Below, piece by piece: positions 28,266-38,474 of a stretch of DNA of 64,000 nucleotides; within the stretch, counting starts at the first letter, position 1, and every line of letters starts with the position of its first letter. The notes below the pieces were generated by a model. It did no database searches, was not told where the DNA came from, and saw nothing but the letters and a program-made list of their open reading frames with translations. Origin of the DNA: Candidatus Latescibacterota bacterium. GTDB lineage: Bacteria > Latescibacterota > UBA2968. The translations under genes and the position numbers were made by a program. The DNA lies in NCBI GenBank assembly GCA_965198115.1, contig OZ240241.1, forward strand, positions 4,896,001 to 4,960,000, given 5' to 3'.

Positions 28266-29491
28266 TCGACCGTCGCGTGATGATCCACGCCGCCCACCTG
28301 GTGCTTCAGGTGGGCGGTCTGTTTTTTGGGATCCTCTCCTCGGGCGTCGCCTGGTCGAAGACGAATCTGCACACGGCTGCGTCGGAGGGTCGGTTGAGCC
28401 AGGTCGTGGAGGCGATTGCCGGCGGCGGTGACCTTGACGAGCGGGATTTGAAGGGACGGACCGCGATCTGGCACGCCGCGTCTGCGGGAAGGATCGAGGT
28501 GCTGTCGTTCCTGGCTGAGGCGGGTGCTCAACTCGATCCCGTGGATCGATTCGGTGTGTCTCCGTTGACCGTGGCGATCCGGCGGGGACACGTGGTTGCG
28601 GTCAGGGTCTTGCTGGAAGCCGGGACGTCACCCAATCCGACACGAGCGGACCGTTTCACCCCGTTGCACATGGCGGTCGAACAGGATAACGCCGAAATCG
28701 TGGACCTTCTGCTGTCCGCTGGTGCAGACCCGCTCGTTCAGCGGACCACGGGCGATCCGACGACGGACCTGACGCGGAATACGATGATTCGACTGAGGCT
28801 CCGGGGCATGCTGTTGGGGCGCATCGCCTTCCTGAAGCCGGAGCGTGGTCTGTCGCCCTTGCCGTTTTCCATCGGGTTTCCAGCGGCGGATGCCGTGTTC
28901 GCGGTCGTTCGAATCTCTGGCCTCATTGTGTTCGAGCGGGAGGTGAAAGGTCCGTTCGTTCCGCCCACGTTCTCGCTTCAGTGGGATGGAAAGACGGAAA
29001 ACGGGACGTCGGTCGAGTCCGGGCGGTATTCGTTTCGACTGAGGTTCGCCGATGGGTCGGTGTCAGAACTCGCACGGCGGGTCGTTCGGGCCGAGGATGT
29101 TTCATTGTTCGAAGCCGCCGCGTTCGGCGATCGGGATCTGATGGCGGCGGTCCTCGGTCGTGGTGAGGGAGTGGATGGTGCGGGTGCCTATGGTCGGACG
29201 CCTCTCATGCTGGCCGCAGCGTTCGCCAATGTCGAAACCGCCCGGGTTCTGATCGAGTCGGGCGCGTCTCCGTTCAAACTCGATTCGGAAAAGCGAACCG
29301 CACTCGACTACGCCAGAATCTACAGCCCCACGCACGACATCGTTCCGTTGCTTCAGTCCTACCAGGATGAAGATGACGATCGACTGAGTTCGGCGGCGCG
29401 GGCCCCGAAACCAAAACAGCCACGGAGTTCACTGAGATCACTGAGGGATCTCGGGCGAGCAGGTTGCGAGCAGAAGAACGGTCGCGGCTGA
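28262..29491 (+). CDS. Ankyrin-repeat protein with an internal FlgD-like Ig domain
   Basis: GRTAIWHAA, TPLHMAV and GRTPLMLAA repeats flank WDGKTENGTSVESGRY. Confidence 0.85.
   Translation: MIDRRVMIHAAHLVLQVGGLFFGILSSGVAWSKTNLHTAASEGRLSQVVEAIAGGGDLDERDLKGRTAIWHAASAGRIEVLSFLAEAGAQLDPVDRFGVSPLTVAIRRGHVVAVRVLLEAGTSPNPTRADRFTPLHMAVEQDNAEIVDLLLSAGADPLVQRTTGDPTTDLTRNTMIRLRLRGMLLGRIAFLKPERGLSPLPFSIGFPAADAVFAVVRISGLIVFEREVKGPFVPPTFSLQWDGKTENGTSVESGRYSFRLRFADGSVSELARRVVRAEDVSLFEAAAFGDRDLMAAVLGRGEGVDGAGAYGRTPLMLAAAFANVETARVLIESGASPFKLDSEKRTALDYARIYSPTHDIVPLLQSYQDEDDDRLSSAARAPKPKQPRSSLRSLRDLGRAGCEQKNGRG
29419..29445 (+). repeat. 9-nt-period tandem repeat (CACKGAGnn x3)
   Basis: GCCACGGAGTTCACTGAGATCACTGAG. 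Confidence 0.7.
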
Positions 29492-29596
29492 TCCAGGGTG
29501 AAATCCGTTCCCCTGGGGGCTCCTGGCTTCTATCTTCCTTGCGATCGAAGAGGTTGCGGTAGTCCGTCGGTGCGCGACTGAATGTCAGGAGGTTCC

Positions 29597-30105
29597 GTGA
29601 AGGTCTTGAGTTTTGGTGGAAAGACACCGGCGATCGATGCGTCGGCATTCGTCGCTGACGGGGCGGTGATCATCGGTGATGTGTCGCTCTGCGAAATCCA
29701 GCGTCTGGTTCAACGCCGTGTTGCGCGGCGACAACGAGCCGATCGTGATCGGTGCGCACTCGAATTTCCAGGACGGTGCCGTGTGTCACACCGATCCGGG
29801 ATTCCCGTGTTCCGTCGGCGAGTGGAGCACGATCGGGCACAATGCCATCCTGCACGGCTGCCGGGTAGGTAACGGTGTGGTCATCGGGATGGGCGCTGTT
29901 GAACGGGGCTGTGGTGGGAGACGGCGCCCTGGTGGCTGCGAACGCGCTGGTGCTGGAAGGATTCGAGGTGCCGCCAAGAGCACTCGTCGCAGGCGTGCCC
30001 GCCAAGGTACGACGTGAAATGACGGTGGAAGACGCCGCTCGGCTTAGGAGAGGGGCCGAGAGCTATGTTCGCCGGAGCCGGGCCTTCCTCGATGAGGGAC
30101 GTTAG
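29597..30105 (+). pseudogene. Gamma-class carbonic anhydrase family protein, two frameshifts
   Basis: PAIDASAFVA...[17 protein letters not shown]...[10 protein letters not shown] and LLNGAVVG...GVPAK lie in three frames. Confidence 0.85.
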
Positions 30106-30108
30106 TTC

Positions 30109-32259
30109 GTGTTCGCGTGGCTTCCCGAAGATCGTCGCGACCGCCTGATTCTGCTGTCGGGTATCTACCTCGTCGTCGCAGTGCCGCTGGCCTTCAACGA
30201 GGGGGCGCACGACACGGCCATTTGGGAAAAGCTGGTCGTTCTCCACGCCATCGTGTTGCGGTTCTGCCTAGGGTGGTGTCTGGGAGAGAAGCGATGGGCC
30301 CGCTACGCGCTGGACGTGCCGATCCTGATTCTGCTGGCGTGGGTCGCCGTGTCGTGGACCCAGGCGGTCAACCCAATGAAGAGCGGCTTGGAGGTCATTC
30401 GCGTTCTGCTGGCAGTGACGCTCTACGCGGCCGTGGCGAGGACCTATCAACGGGGTTTTTTGATCCCGTGGACGACTGCACTCGCTGTCACGTGGGCCTC
30501 GTTTCGATCGTCGGGATCGGCCAGTATCTGGGTTTCCAGATGACGGAAGTACGATCCGCGGGCTACCCGAGCGCGACGTTCTGGTATCGGAACTTCGCGG
30601 CGATGTATGTGATTTCGGTCTTGCCGGTCGCGGGGGCTCGACTCGTGTCCACGAACTCGGACCGCGAGGCTTCGTTGTGGACCGCGGCGACGAGTCTGGG
30701 CGTGCTCTTCCTCCTCTACACGCGAACACGAGGAGCGTGGGTGGGTCTCTTTGTGGGCCTGATCGCGGCGAGCGTTTTCTGGTTCGTCACCCGGACCCGA
30801 AGACGCTGGTCATTGCCACGTCCATCGCAGCCTCGGAAGGCGCTGTATGCGACGGTCGCGGTCATCGTGTTCGTCGGAGCGTCTCTTCCGCCGATCGGCG
30901 AGATGGCCGGCCGGCAGATGGCCACTGCGGCCAAGACAGGGATCGGCGCCGCTGCGATGTCCATCGTCGAGGGACGTCACAGCGGACGACTTGGAACGTG
31001 GATGCATTCGCTCGATCTCATCAAGGATCACCCGGCGCTCGGTGTCGGCGTCGGAAACTGGGATCTGGTGTTTCCGCGCTACGTGGGTGAGGACCTGGTT
31101 TCCGGTGGAGGGATGTTCTTCCGGCCCCACAACGATTACCTGTGGGTCGTGTCCGAACTGGGCATCGTGGGTGGGTTGATCGCGGCGTGGGTCCTCGTGA
31201 GCGGTCTCTACTTCGGTGCGAAATGTCTGCTGGAGCTCGATGACCCGCACGAAGGCGCGATCCTGCTCGGGATGATGGTCGGGATCGTGGCCCTGGCCGG
31301 GCACGCGTTCTTCAGCTTTCCGAAGGAGCGGGCGACGACGGCGGCGATCGTTCCGCTCTATTTAGGGGTGATCGCCGCCACCTGGCGACGTTTCGTGCCC
31401 GGCGATGAAGAGAAGGGTGTCCTAGGGCGGCTTGTTCCGTACGGACTGGCGATCCTTTGCCTGGTGTCGCTGCCGACGGTGGTCGATGCCACGCGATCCT
31501 ACCGTTACTATTTCATGGCAGACGTTTATATGAGAGTGGGCAGGGCGCAGGAGTCGCTCGCGTGGATCGAGGCCGCGAAGCGAGCGGGCATCGTCGATGC
31601 GCGCTACTTCGAGATCGAGGGCGAGGCCCGCAAGGGCGTCGGGGACCTGGAAGGGGCCCTTCGGTCGCGTATCGAGGGGCTCTCTTTTCATCCGGACAAT
31701 CCGTGGAGCCATCACGCGATCGGTGTCTACGCGCAGGAGCTGGGCCGCCACGATCAGGCGCTTCCTTCGCTGCGTCGCGCAGTCGAGCTGGCGCCCAAGA
31801 TAGGGCCGATCTTGAGAGACTTCGCGCTGTCGACATTTCACACGGGCGAGGTCGATCGGGCAAGGGAGATGTATCATCGGGCGATCGAGCTGGCGCCGTC
31901 GGACGTTCTGACGCGTTTGGAAGCGAGTGACTTTTTCGTTGCCACAGGAGATACTACGATCGCCCACACGCATCTTGCCGTCGCGGAGGGCCGGGTGGGC
32001 ACCAACTCCTTGCGCCTCAGGAGTTGGGACGCCACGCGCTGCGTGCCAAGGCCTGGACATCGCGGCACGTGCGTTCGAGTCGGCCTACGGGATCAAGCCG
32101 ACGGTGCAGGCGGCACTCGGGTTGGCCGATGCCCGGGCTAACGGTGGGAATGTGGCAGGCGCTGTCGAGCTTTTGGAAGACCTGCGGCCGACGGTGACCG
32201 ATTCTGCTGCGAGCAGCCAGATCGCGCTTCGACTGTCGCAATGGTCGACGCAGCCTTGA
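30109..32259 (+). pseudogene. O-antigen ligase-like membrane protein with C-terminal TPR repeats, two frameshifts
   Basis: Many TM helices, TRTRGAW, GVGVGNW, PHNDYL...ELGIVG, TPR-like AVELAP/AIELAP; frame breaks near 30495 and 32020. Confidence 0.8.
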
Positions 32260-32624
32260 GCGAAGCCGACATCCAGGCACGTCTCGATCAGGGCATCGAC
32301 GAGTTCAACGACGAGGCTTTCTTCGAGGCACACGACACGCTCGAGGACGTCTGGATGGATGTCCGCGGCCAGGAGCGGCTGTTCTTCCAGGGTTTGATTC
32401 AGCTGGCGATCGGCTACTACCACCTGACGTGCGAAAACTATCCTGGAGCCGAACACCTGTTGAGCCGGGGTTTGGAGAAGCTGGATGGGTTTCGACCGTC
32501 GCATCGCGGTGTTCGACTGGGTCCACTCGTAGAAGTGGCGCGGTCGACACGAGATACGATCGCATCACGGTCCGGGCTCGAAGTGTGGGTCGCACCCGTG
32601 ATCGAAAGGGATGCGGAGGGCTGA
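32241..32624 (+). CDS. DUF309 family protein
   Basis: FNDEAFFEAHDTLEDVW...FQGLIQLAIGYYH. Confidence 0.88.
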   Translation: MVDAALSEADIQARLDQGIDEFNDEAFFEAHDTLEDVWMDVRGQERLFFQGLIQLAIGYYHLTCENYPGAEHLLSRGLEKLDGFRPSHRGVRLGPLVEVARSTRDTIASRSGLEVWVAPVIERDAEG

Positions 32625-32715
32625 GTTCTGGATAGGTCGGACTACAACGTCGATCGCTGGAGGTCGCATAGCGACTAGCGGGATCTCTTTTCGAATCGGT
32701 TTTGAGGGAAGAAGC

Positions 32716-33267
32716 GTGAAAAAGCTGGCCTTCCTGTTCGTGTGCCTGATGAGTGTGGGGTGTGGGGGAGAGACCGAGATGATCGACGACTCTTCGCCGA
32801 CCGGATCGTCCTTCAATTTTCTGACGCTGAACGAATTCAACGATTACCTGACAACGATGGAGGCCGCATCCGTCGACGTTTTGCTCCTGGTGGCCGAGTT
32901 CTCTTCGATCACGAGGGACCTCAATTCGGGTGTCGTGTCGACGTACTGGATTACTGAGTTTACCCGCAACTTGATGAGACGCCTGGACGAGATGCAGACC
33001 AAGGCGATGGGGTTGCGTCCCGATCATCCGACGTTGTTGCAGGCTCACGTGGACGAATACGAAGGTGCTCTGGCTGACTACGAAACCGCTTTCACGGTGT
33101 TCCTGTCGGCTGTGAACAACCCCGGTGTCGTTCCGACGAATGCGCTCAACGACCCGATCATCCAAGGCAATCAGCACTTGATTCGGTTCGAAGAGTTTCT
33201 GAGCAGCCTGAGGGGACGCAGCGTGAATTTGTTCGGGGACGGAGTATCGACGGGGGGCGGATTGTAG
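32716..33267 (+). CDS. Putative lipoprotein
   Basis: MKKLAFLFVCLMSVGC lipobox; GTG start after GAGGGA. Confidence 0.75.
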   Translation: MKKLAFLFVCLMSVGCGGETEMIDDSSPTGSSFNFLTLNEFNDYLTTMEAASVDVLLLVAEFSSITRDLNSGVVSTYWITEFTRNLMRRLDEMQTKAMGLRPDHPTLLQAHVDEYEGALADYETAFTVFLSAVNNPGVVPTNALNDPIIQGNQHLIRFEEFLSSLRGRSVNLFGDGVSTGGGL

Positions 33268-33303
33268 GTTACTCCAGGCCTGACCTGACATTGTTTTGGC
33301 CGT

Positions 33304-33337
33304 AAAGACGGATGCGAGGATCTCGTGTCCGTTTTTT
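33304..33337 (+). terminator. Rho-independent terminator
   Basis: ACGGATGCGAG-gat-CTCGTGTCCGT stem followed by a T run. Confidence 0.7.
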
Positions 33338-33501
33338 CGTGCGTGGCAGTCATCCACGTCGAGTGCTACTAAAATGAATCAAGTGGGCTCATCAGTATTG
33401 ATCCGTCATAAAGAAAGGTCGAAGGTTGTCAAATGCTGCCGATATAGAGTATAAGAGCCGGGAGCATTCTAAATTAGTCGGGTTACACCAAGGGGGTCGT
33501 T

Positions 33502-34244
33502 GTGCGAAGCTTTCCTTACCAGATCATTGGAGGTGACGAGCGCGAGGAGTCCCTGTTCTTCCTGCTCGATGCGCTGCTGAAGTCGCGCCTGGCCACGGGT
33601 CTGGAAACGGAAGACGACGAAGATGTCAACGTCTACCTGTCGAGTCTGTTACACGATTTTTTGGATCTATCCTTCCAGAATACGCACGGATCCGTCGTTT
33701 CCAGCTACGATTCTGATGTCGTCGAGCACGTTGAGACGGATGACGCTCGACGCCGGTATCGCGTTTACCGCGCCAACGCAGACTACGCACTGCTCTCGGT
33801 CAGTTTGTTCGACCGGGCGCCTTGTGAGGGTGGGCGTGGAGCCGACGGATCGATCAGACGGCTGAGTGAGCGGGGTCCCGTCTATTACCGATTCGCATCA
33901 CATCTGATCGATCGGCTCGGAAGGCGCCCAGCCGTGTCCGAGGTGCCGGGAAACTCGCAGGGGGATTCGATACGTATGTGCGGATTCTGACGCGGCTACG
34001 AATCGATCATCTGGGTCTGATGAAACGACTGACGAAGGGCGAGGTTTTCCATCTTCAGCGCGAAGTCCACGAGGGGGGGCGGCCCGGACTGGTCAAGGCG
34101 GGACGAGATTGGTTCCTGGATGCCTACAACGTCTGGCTGGCGTGCCGGAGCGATGCCAATCGCGAGCGTGTGAACGAGCTTGCGTCGGGGCTGGCGGAGC
34201 TGGACCCGAATTTCGCATTTGAGCCGCTGCGTCGATCCGCCTGA
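33502..34244 (+). pseudogene. Hypothetical protein, single frameshift near 33945
   Basis: Two consecutive ORFs join as ...PAVSEV/KLAGGFDTYVRILTRLR...; upstream TTGTCA-18-TATAAG promoter-like sequence. Confidence 0.65.
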
Positions 34245-34321
34245 GTCAGAAAAAAGGAAACCGACATCGATCCGGAGGGAGCTGTTCCCCTCCGGATTTC
34301 TATGTACCGGCGATGACCTTA

Positions 34322-35583
34322 GTACTCCTGTTCTCAAATACGGTGACGTATTCTAAGCAGACTTTGCCAAGGGCGTATCGTAGAACCTGAGTTTGTCGAT
34401 CATCTCCGCGAGATCTGTTCGTGTGAACTTCCATTTGAAGGGTGTGGCGATACGTCCGTAGCGTTCCTGAAAACCGAGGATTCTTGCCTCAAGCTCTTCG
34501 AGCGATGCAAATTCGATAGGTGTCAGAGCCTTGCGTTTGAGGATCGAGAAGTAGATCTCGATCTGATTGAGCCAGCTTGCGTGGATCGGAAGGTGAACGG
34601 GGTGGATGTTTGGCCACTTCCCCTGGATACGGTCGATGCATGTTTGCCCTCGGTGCGAGGAGCCATTATCCACGATGAGGTAGACTTTCTTTGCCGAGCA
34701 ATAGGGTTTCCGGCTCATGATCAGGCTCAGGAGCCGGTTGAAGGGCTCGATACCCGAAGAAGACTCACAGAGACCGAAGATTCGACCATTGTGCACGTCG
34801 AGAGCAGCCAGATAGGCCAGGGCTCCTTTCCGCTCGTATTCGTGTTTCAACGCGTGCCGCTCTGTTCGAGGCTGGCGGTAGGGTAACGTGCTTGCGAGCT
34901 CGTGCTTGAATACTGGTCTTTTCGTCGGCAGAAAGTACATATTCCCTCGGCCCTAAAGGCTTTCCTTGCCATTGGCGGTGATACAGATCAAGGACTCTAC
35001 CTGCTTTGGTTTGGAAGTCCGGGTCCCGTGGGAAAATCCAGGAGCGATGATACCAAGGACGAATCGCGTCCTCGTTCAACCAGCGCCAGACAGTGGCGCC
35101 GCTGATCTTGGCAACGAAGCCCCTTTGCACTGCCTCGGCGGCAATCTCGGAACAGCTGAACCGCGAGAGCGGTATCCCGCTCTCGCTCGGTAGTTCACAC
35201 GCCAGCGCCTTGATCTGAACGACCACCTGAGGGGGGAAAACCGGGCGGGCGCCCGGGACGAGATCTATCTTCGAGTCCCGAAAGACGCTCTTCGAAAAAG
35301 CGCTTACGCCATTTGCTTACGATCGGACGCGGGACATCCAACCGTTGGGCGATAATCTTGTTGGATAATCCCTCGGCGGCGAGAAGCACGATTTTCGATC
35401 GGATCACTTGATAATACGGTAACGTATATTGTCCAGCCATTCGCTCGAGGTCGACCTGTTCCTTCTCAGACAGTAGCACCACATAAGGCGAACGTCTTGG
35501 CATTGTTCTCCTCCTTTTGAAGGAGAACATAAGCTACAAATAATGTTCAGGACATACGTAATAATATTTATTAAACCATGCAC
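34322..35583 (-). mobile_element. IS630-family insertion sequence, copy A (1262 bp)
   Basis: Nearly identical to 55609..56870; imperfect 29-bp inverted repeats ending AAATA...ACGTA; TTA on both sides. Confidence 0.9.
34353..35503 (-). pseudogene. IS630 transposase in three frames (HTH + DDE)
   Basis: VSKWRKRF...RPGRPP HTH, SADEKTSIQA, HEYERKG, IVDNGSSH, HASWLNQIEIYF. Frame changes at a T4C6 run (35231-40) and at an extra A (34845-47). Confidence 0.85.
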
Positions 35584-35589
35584 TTAGTA

Positions 35590-35624
35590 GTGACCATTGA
35601 CCAGTGACGACTGACCCGTGACCA
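35590..35624 (+). repeat. Heptamer tandem array (nTGACCA x5)
   Basis: gtgacca-ttgacca-gtgacga-ctgaccc-gtgacca. Confidence 0.75.
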
Positions 35625-35723
35625 AAATTGGCAATCGCACGCCATTTTGAGTTGACGGCCAGGAACGACCTTGGCATCTATGGGCACGCGGCGATAGGGT
35701 GATCAGTCGATACAGGAGGTGGA

Positions 35724-36632
35724 ATGGAATACCGAACGTTGGGGCGAACAGACCTGGAGGTCAGCTCGATCGGGATGGGATGCGTGACCTTCGGGCGCGA
35801 GATCGATGAAGAGACGGCCTTCGAGGTCATGGATCACGCGTTGGAGAAGGGGATCACGCTGTTCGACACGGCGGAGGCCTACGCGGCCGGTCGGTCGGAG
35901 GAGGTTCTGGGTGCGTGGATCGGCGATCGAGGGACGCGGGACCGGATCGTGCTCGCCACGAAAGTTGCCGGAGAGCTGACAGCGGACAAGGTCACTTCAT
36001 CGGTGGAGGAGAGTCTTCAACGGCTGGGCGCCGAAACGGTCGATCTGTTTCAGGCCCACAACTGGTCGGACGACGTGCCGGTCGAGGAGACGATGGGTGC
36101 GCTCAATCGGCTCGTGGAACAGGGGAAGACGCGATACGTGGGATGCAGCAACTACGAAGGTCCCCAGCTTGACCAGGCGCTCGAGACGTGTAAGACGAAT
36201 GGGTGGGCACGACTGGAGTCTGTGCAACCCAACTACAACCTGGTTACACGGGAGATCGAGCAAGACCTGCTGCCGATTTGCGCGGATCAGGATATCGGCG
36301 TGATTTCCTACAGTCCGCTGGGCGCCGGTTTCTTGACGGGGAAGTATCGGAAAGACGGTGAGATTCCGGCGGGCGCTCGGTTCGATATCATTCCGGACCA
36401 CCAAGACATCTATTTCAGCGATGAGAACTTCGATCGTATCGAAAAGCTTGGCGCGATCTCCGAACGCACAGGGCGTTCGATGATTCAGCTCGCGCTTGCG
36501 TGGGTCATTGGACAACCCGGTATCAGTTCCGTCCTCGTGGGTGCGCGGAGCACGTCGCACATCGATCAGGCTTTCGAAGCCGAGGCGGCCGGGCTGTCGG
36601 ACGACCTGCGTCGGGACCTGAGCAGCCTGTAG
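35724..36632 (+). CDS. Aldo/keto reductase
   Basis: LGRTDLEVS, FDTAEAY, LATK, YVGCSN, YSPLGAGFLTGKY. Confidence 0.93.
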   Translation: MEYRTLGRTDLEVSSIGMGCVTFGREIDEETAFEVMDHALEKGITLFDTAEAYAAGRSEEVLGAWIGDRGTRDRIVLATKVAGELTADKVTSSVEESLQRLGAETVDLFQAHNWSDDVPVEETMGALNRLVEQGKTRYVGCSNYEGPQLDQALETCKTNGWARLESVQPNYNLVTREIEQDLLPICADQDIGVISYSPLGAGFLTGKYRKDGEIPAGARFDIIPDHQDIYFSDENFDRIEKLGAISERTGRSMIQLALAWVIGQPGISSVLVGARSTSHIDQAFEAEAAGLSDDLRRDLSSL

Positions 36633-36640
36633 CGGACGGA

Positions 36641-37423
36641 TCAGCCTTCGTTCAGCACGTCATCCAGTTCGGTGCTGCAGGTTTCGAGCACCTTCATCAG
36701 CGCGAAGTCGCCTCCCCAGGGGACCATCTGCGCTCCCATTGCCCTGTACTTCGCGATCTCCTCCACACTTCCCGCCGTACGCCCCCACGCTTTACCCTCT
36801 CCGCTCGCCGCTTCGGCGACTTTTTCCACGGCTTCGTCGAGTGTCATTTTGATCGACGGATCGGCCGATAACCGAAGACCCAGATCGCCGGGGCCGACAA
36901 ACAGCAGATCGATCCCGGGGACGGCTGCGATTTCGGGCGCATTAGCGACGGCCTCGGGTGTTTCGATCTGGGCGACGATGAAGGTCTCCCGGTTCGCATC
37001 TTCGATATAGGTGCTGTCGGGGATCCACGTGTCGAGCGCGAAGCTGGTGTCGAGTCCGGCGCCGTCGAACCCCCGGTTGCCTTCGGGCGGGTACTTGACC
37101 GTGTGCACGACTTGACGGGCGATGTCGGCCGTCGAGACGAACGGAATCATGAACCCGCTCGCACCATCCTCGAGGTAGCGATACAGCCGTGTCCGCTGGA
37201 GCGTGGGCGGACGGACCATGCAATCGATATCGCTGGCAAGGCAGAAGGCGAGCAGGGACTGCACTTCGCGCGTGTCCATCGCCCTGTGCTCGAGGTCCAA
37301 CCAGATTCCGTCGTAGCGGTAGTGTGCGGCGTGTCGGATGAAGAAGGGCAGGTAATGTCCCAGCCCACAAATCCGAGCGAGTCGACCGTCGCGGAGTTTA
37401 GAAAGAACTTTGCTGCGTCTCAT
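36641..37423 (-). CDS. HpcH/HpaI aldolase family protein
   Basis: WLDLEH, KYPPEGNRG, AQIET, LFVGPGDL. Confidence 0.88.
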   Translation of the reverse strand: MRRSKVLSKLRDGRLARICGLGHYLPFFIRHAAHYRYDGIWLDLEHRAMDTREVQSLLAFCLASDIDCMVRPPTLQRTRLYRYLEDGASGFMIPFVSTADIARQVVHTVKYPPEGNRGFDGAGLDTSFALDTWIPDSTYIEDANRETFIVAQIETPEAVANAPEIAAVPGIDLLFVGPGDLGLRLSADPSIKMTLDEAVEKVAEAASGEGKAWGRTAGSVEEIAKYRAMGAQMVPWGGDFALMKVLETCSTELDDVLNEG

Positions 37424-37569
37424 TCGTCGGTTCCCGTGCCAATGGCGTGAGGTGTCCTGAATGCCAAGAATTCCCGATTCTGTCGTTCAGAATCTTCGGG
37501 GCTCGCGTACTCTGCCTCTGAGAGTGATTGCAAGAACAGCCTAAACCGGGGCGATGAGCAAACGAACAT

Positions 37570-38466
37570 TTACATAAGCCGTTTGCGCTTCGCAAGGTAT
37601 CCGAACAGGGCAGTGTCGAAGGGCGTTGCGGTGTCGAGGAGGACGTAGTCGATCGCGTGTTCGCGGCATTCTCTTCGATAGCGTTCCGTCAGGTCGTCGA
37701 TGTGTGTTCGATACTCGTTTGCGATCTGCCAGGGTTCGGTCGACACGCGCGTTCCCGATTCGAGGTCGACGAAGACGGTTTCGCGATCGAAGTTCAAGTC
37801 CCGTTCACGGGGGTCGAGGATGTGGAAGACGATCACCTCGTGCTTTCGGTGACGAAAGTGTTTGAGCCCGTTGAGTACGCGCTCGGGGTCGTCGAGGAGG
37901 TCGGACAGGACGACGATCAGACCGCGTCGCTTGAGTCGCTCGGCCAGCTCGTGGAAGGTCGAGGAGAGATCGGTGTCCGCCCCGTCTGGGCTCGTGGACG
38001 AAATGGCGCGGAGCACGCTGTTGAGGTGGCTCCCCGCCGAGCGCGGGGGGACGAATGCTCGAATCCCTTCGTCGAAGGCGGCCACGCCGACGGCGTCACG
38101 CTGCTTGATCATCAGGTAGGCGAGGGCGGCGGAGAGATGGGCCGCGTACCGGTATTTGTTCGTCTCACCCGATCCGTAGGCCATGGAGCCGCTGGCGTCG
38201 AGCAGGAGGTGGGCCTTGAGGTTGGTCTCCTCCTCGTAGCGCTTGATGTAGAGGCGGTCGGTCTTTCCGTAGACCTTCCAGTCCAGGTCGCGAAGGGCGT
38301 CGCCCGGCATGTAGGGTCGATACTCGGAGAATTCGACGCTGAACCCGTGGTAAGGACTCTGGTGGAGACCAGTGATGAACCCCTCGACGACGAGCCGGGC
38401 GATCAAGTCCAGACGCGAAAGTCGCGAGACGACGGTGGGGTCGAGGTAGTCGGAGGCTGTGGACAT
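37570..38466 (-). CDS. DUF58 (VWA-like) protein
   Basis: GLHQSPYHGFSVEFSEYRPY.PGD, DWKVYGKTD, LDASGSM. Confidence 0.92.
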   Translation of the reverse strand: MSTASDYLDPTVVSRLSRLDLIARLVVEGFITGLHQSPYHGFSVEFSEYRPYMPGDALRDLDWKVYGKTDRLYIKRYEEETNLKAHLLLDASGSMAYGSGETNKYRYAAHLSAALAYLMIKQRDAVGVAAFDEGIRAFVPPRSAGSHLNSVLRAISSTSPDGADTDLSSTFHELAERLKRRGLIVVLSDLLDDPERVLNGLKHFRHRKHEVIVFHILDPRERDLNFDRETVFVDLESGTRVSTEPWQIANEYRTHIDDLTERYRRECREHAIDYVLLDTATPFDTALFGYLAKRKRLM

Positions 38467-38474
38467 GGAGGGTC

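Noticed and set aside
33419-33445. Second sigma28-like promoter (GCCGATAT)
   Set aside because: The -35 position reads TCGA rather than TAAA, and a sigma70-like pair explains the region equally well.
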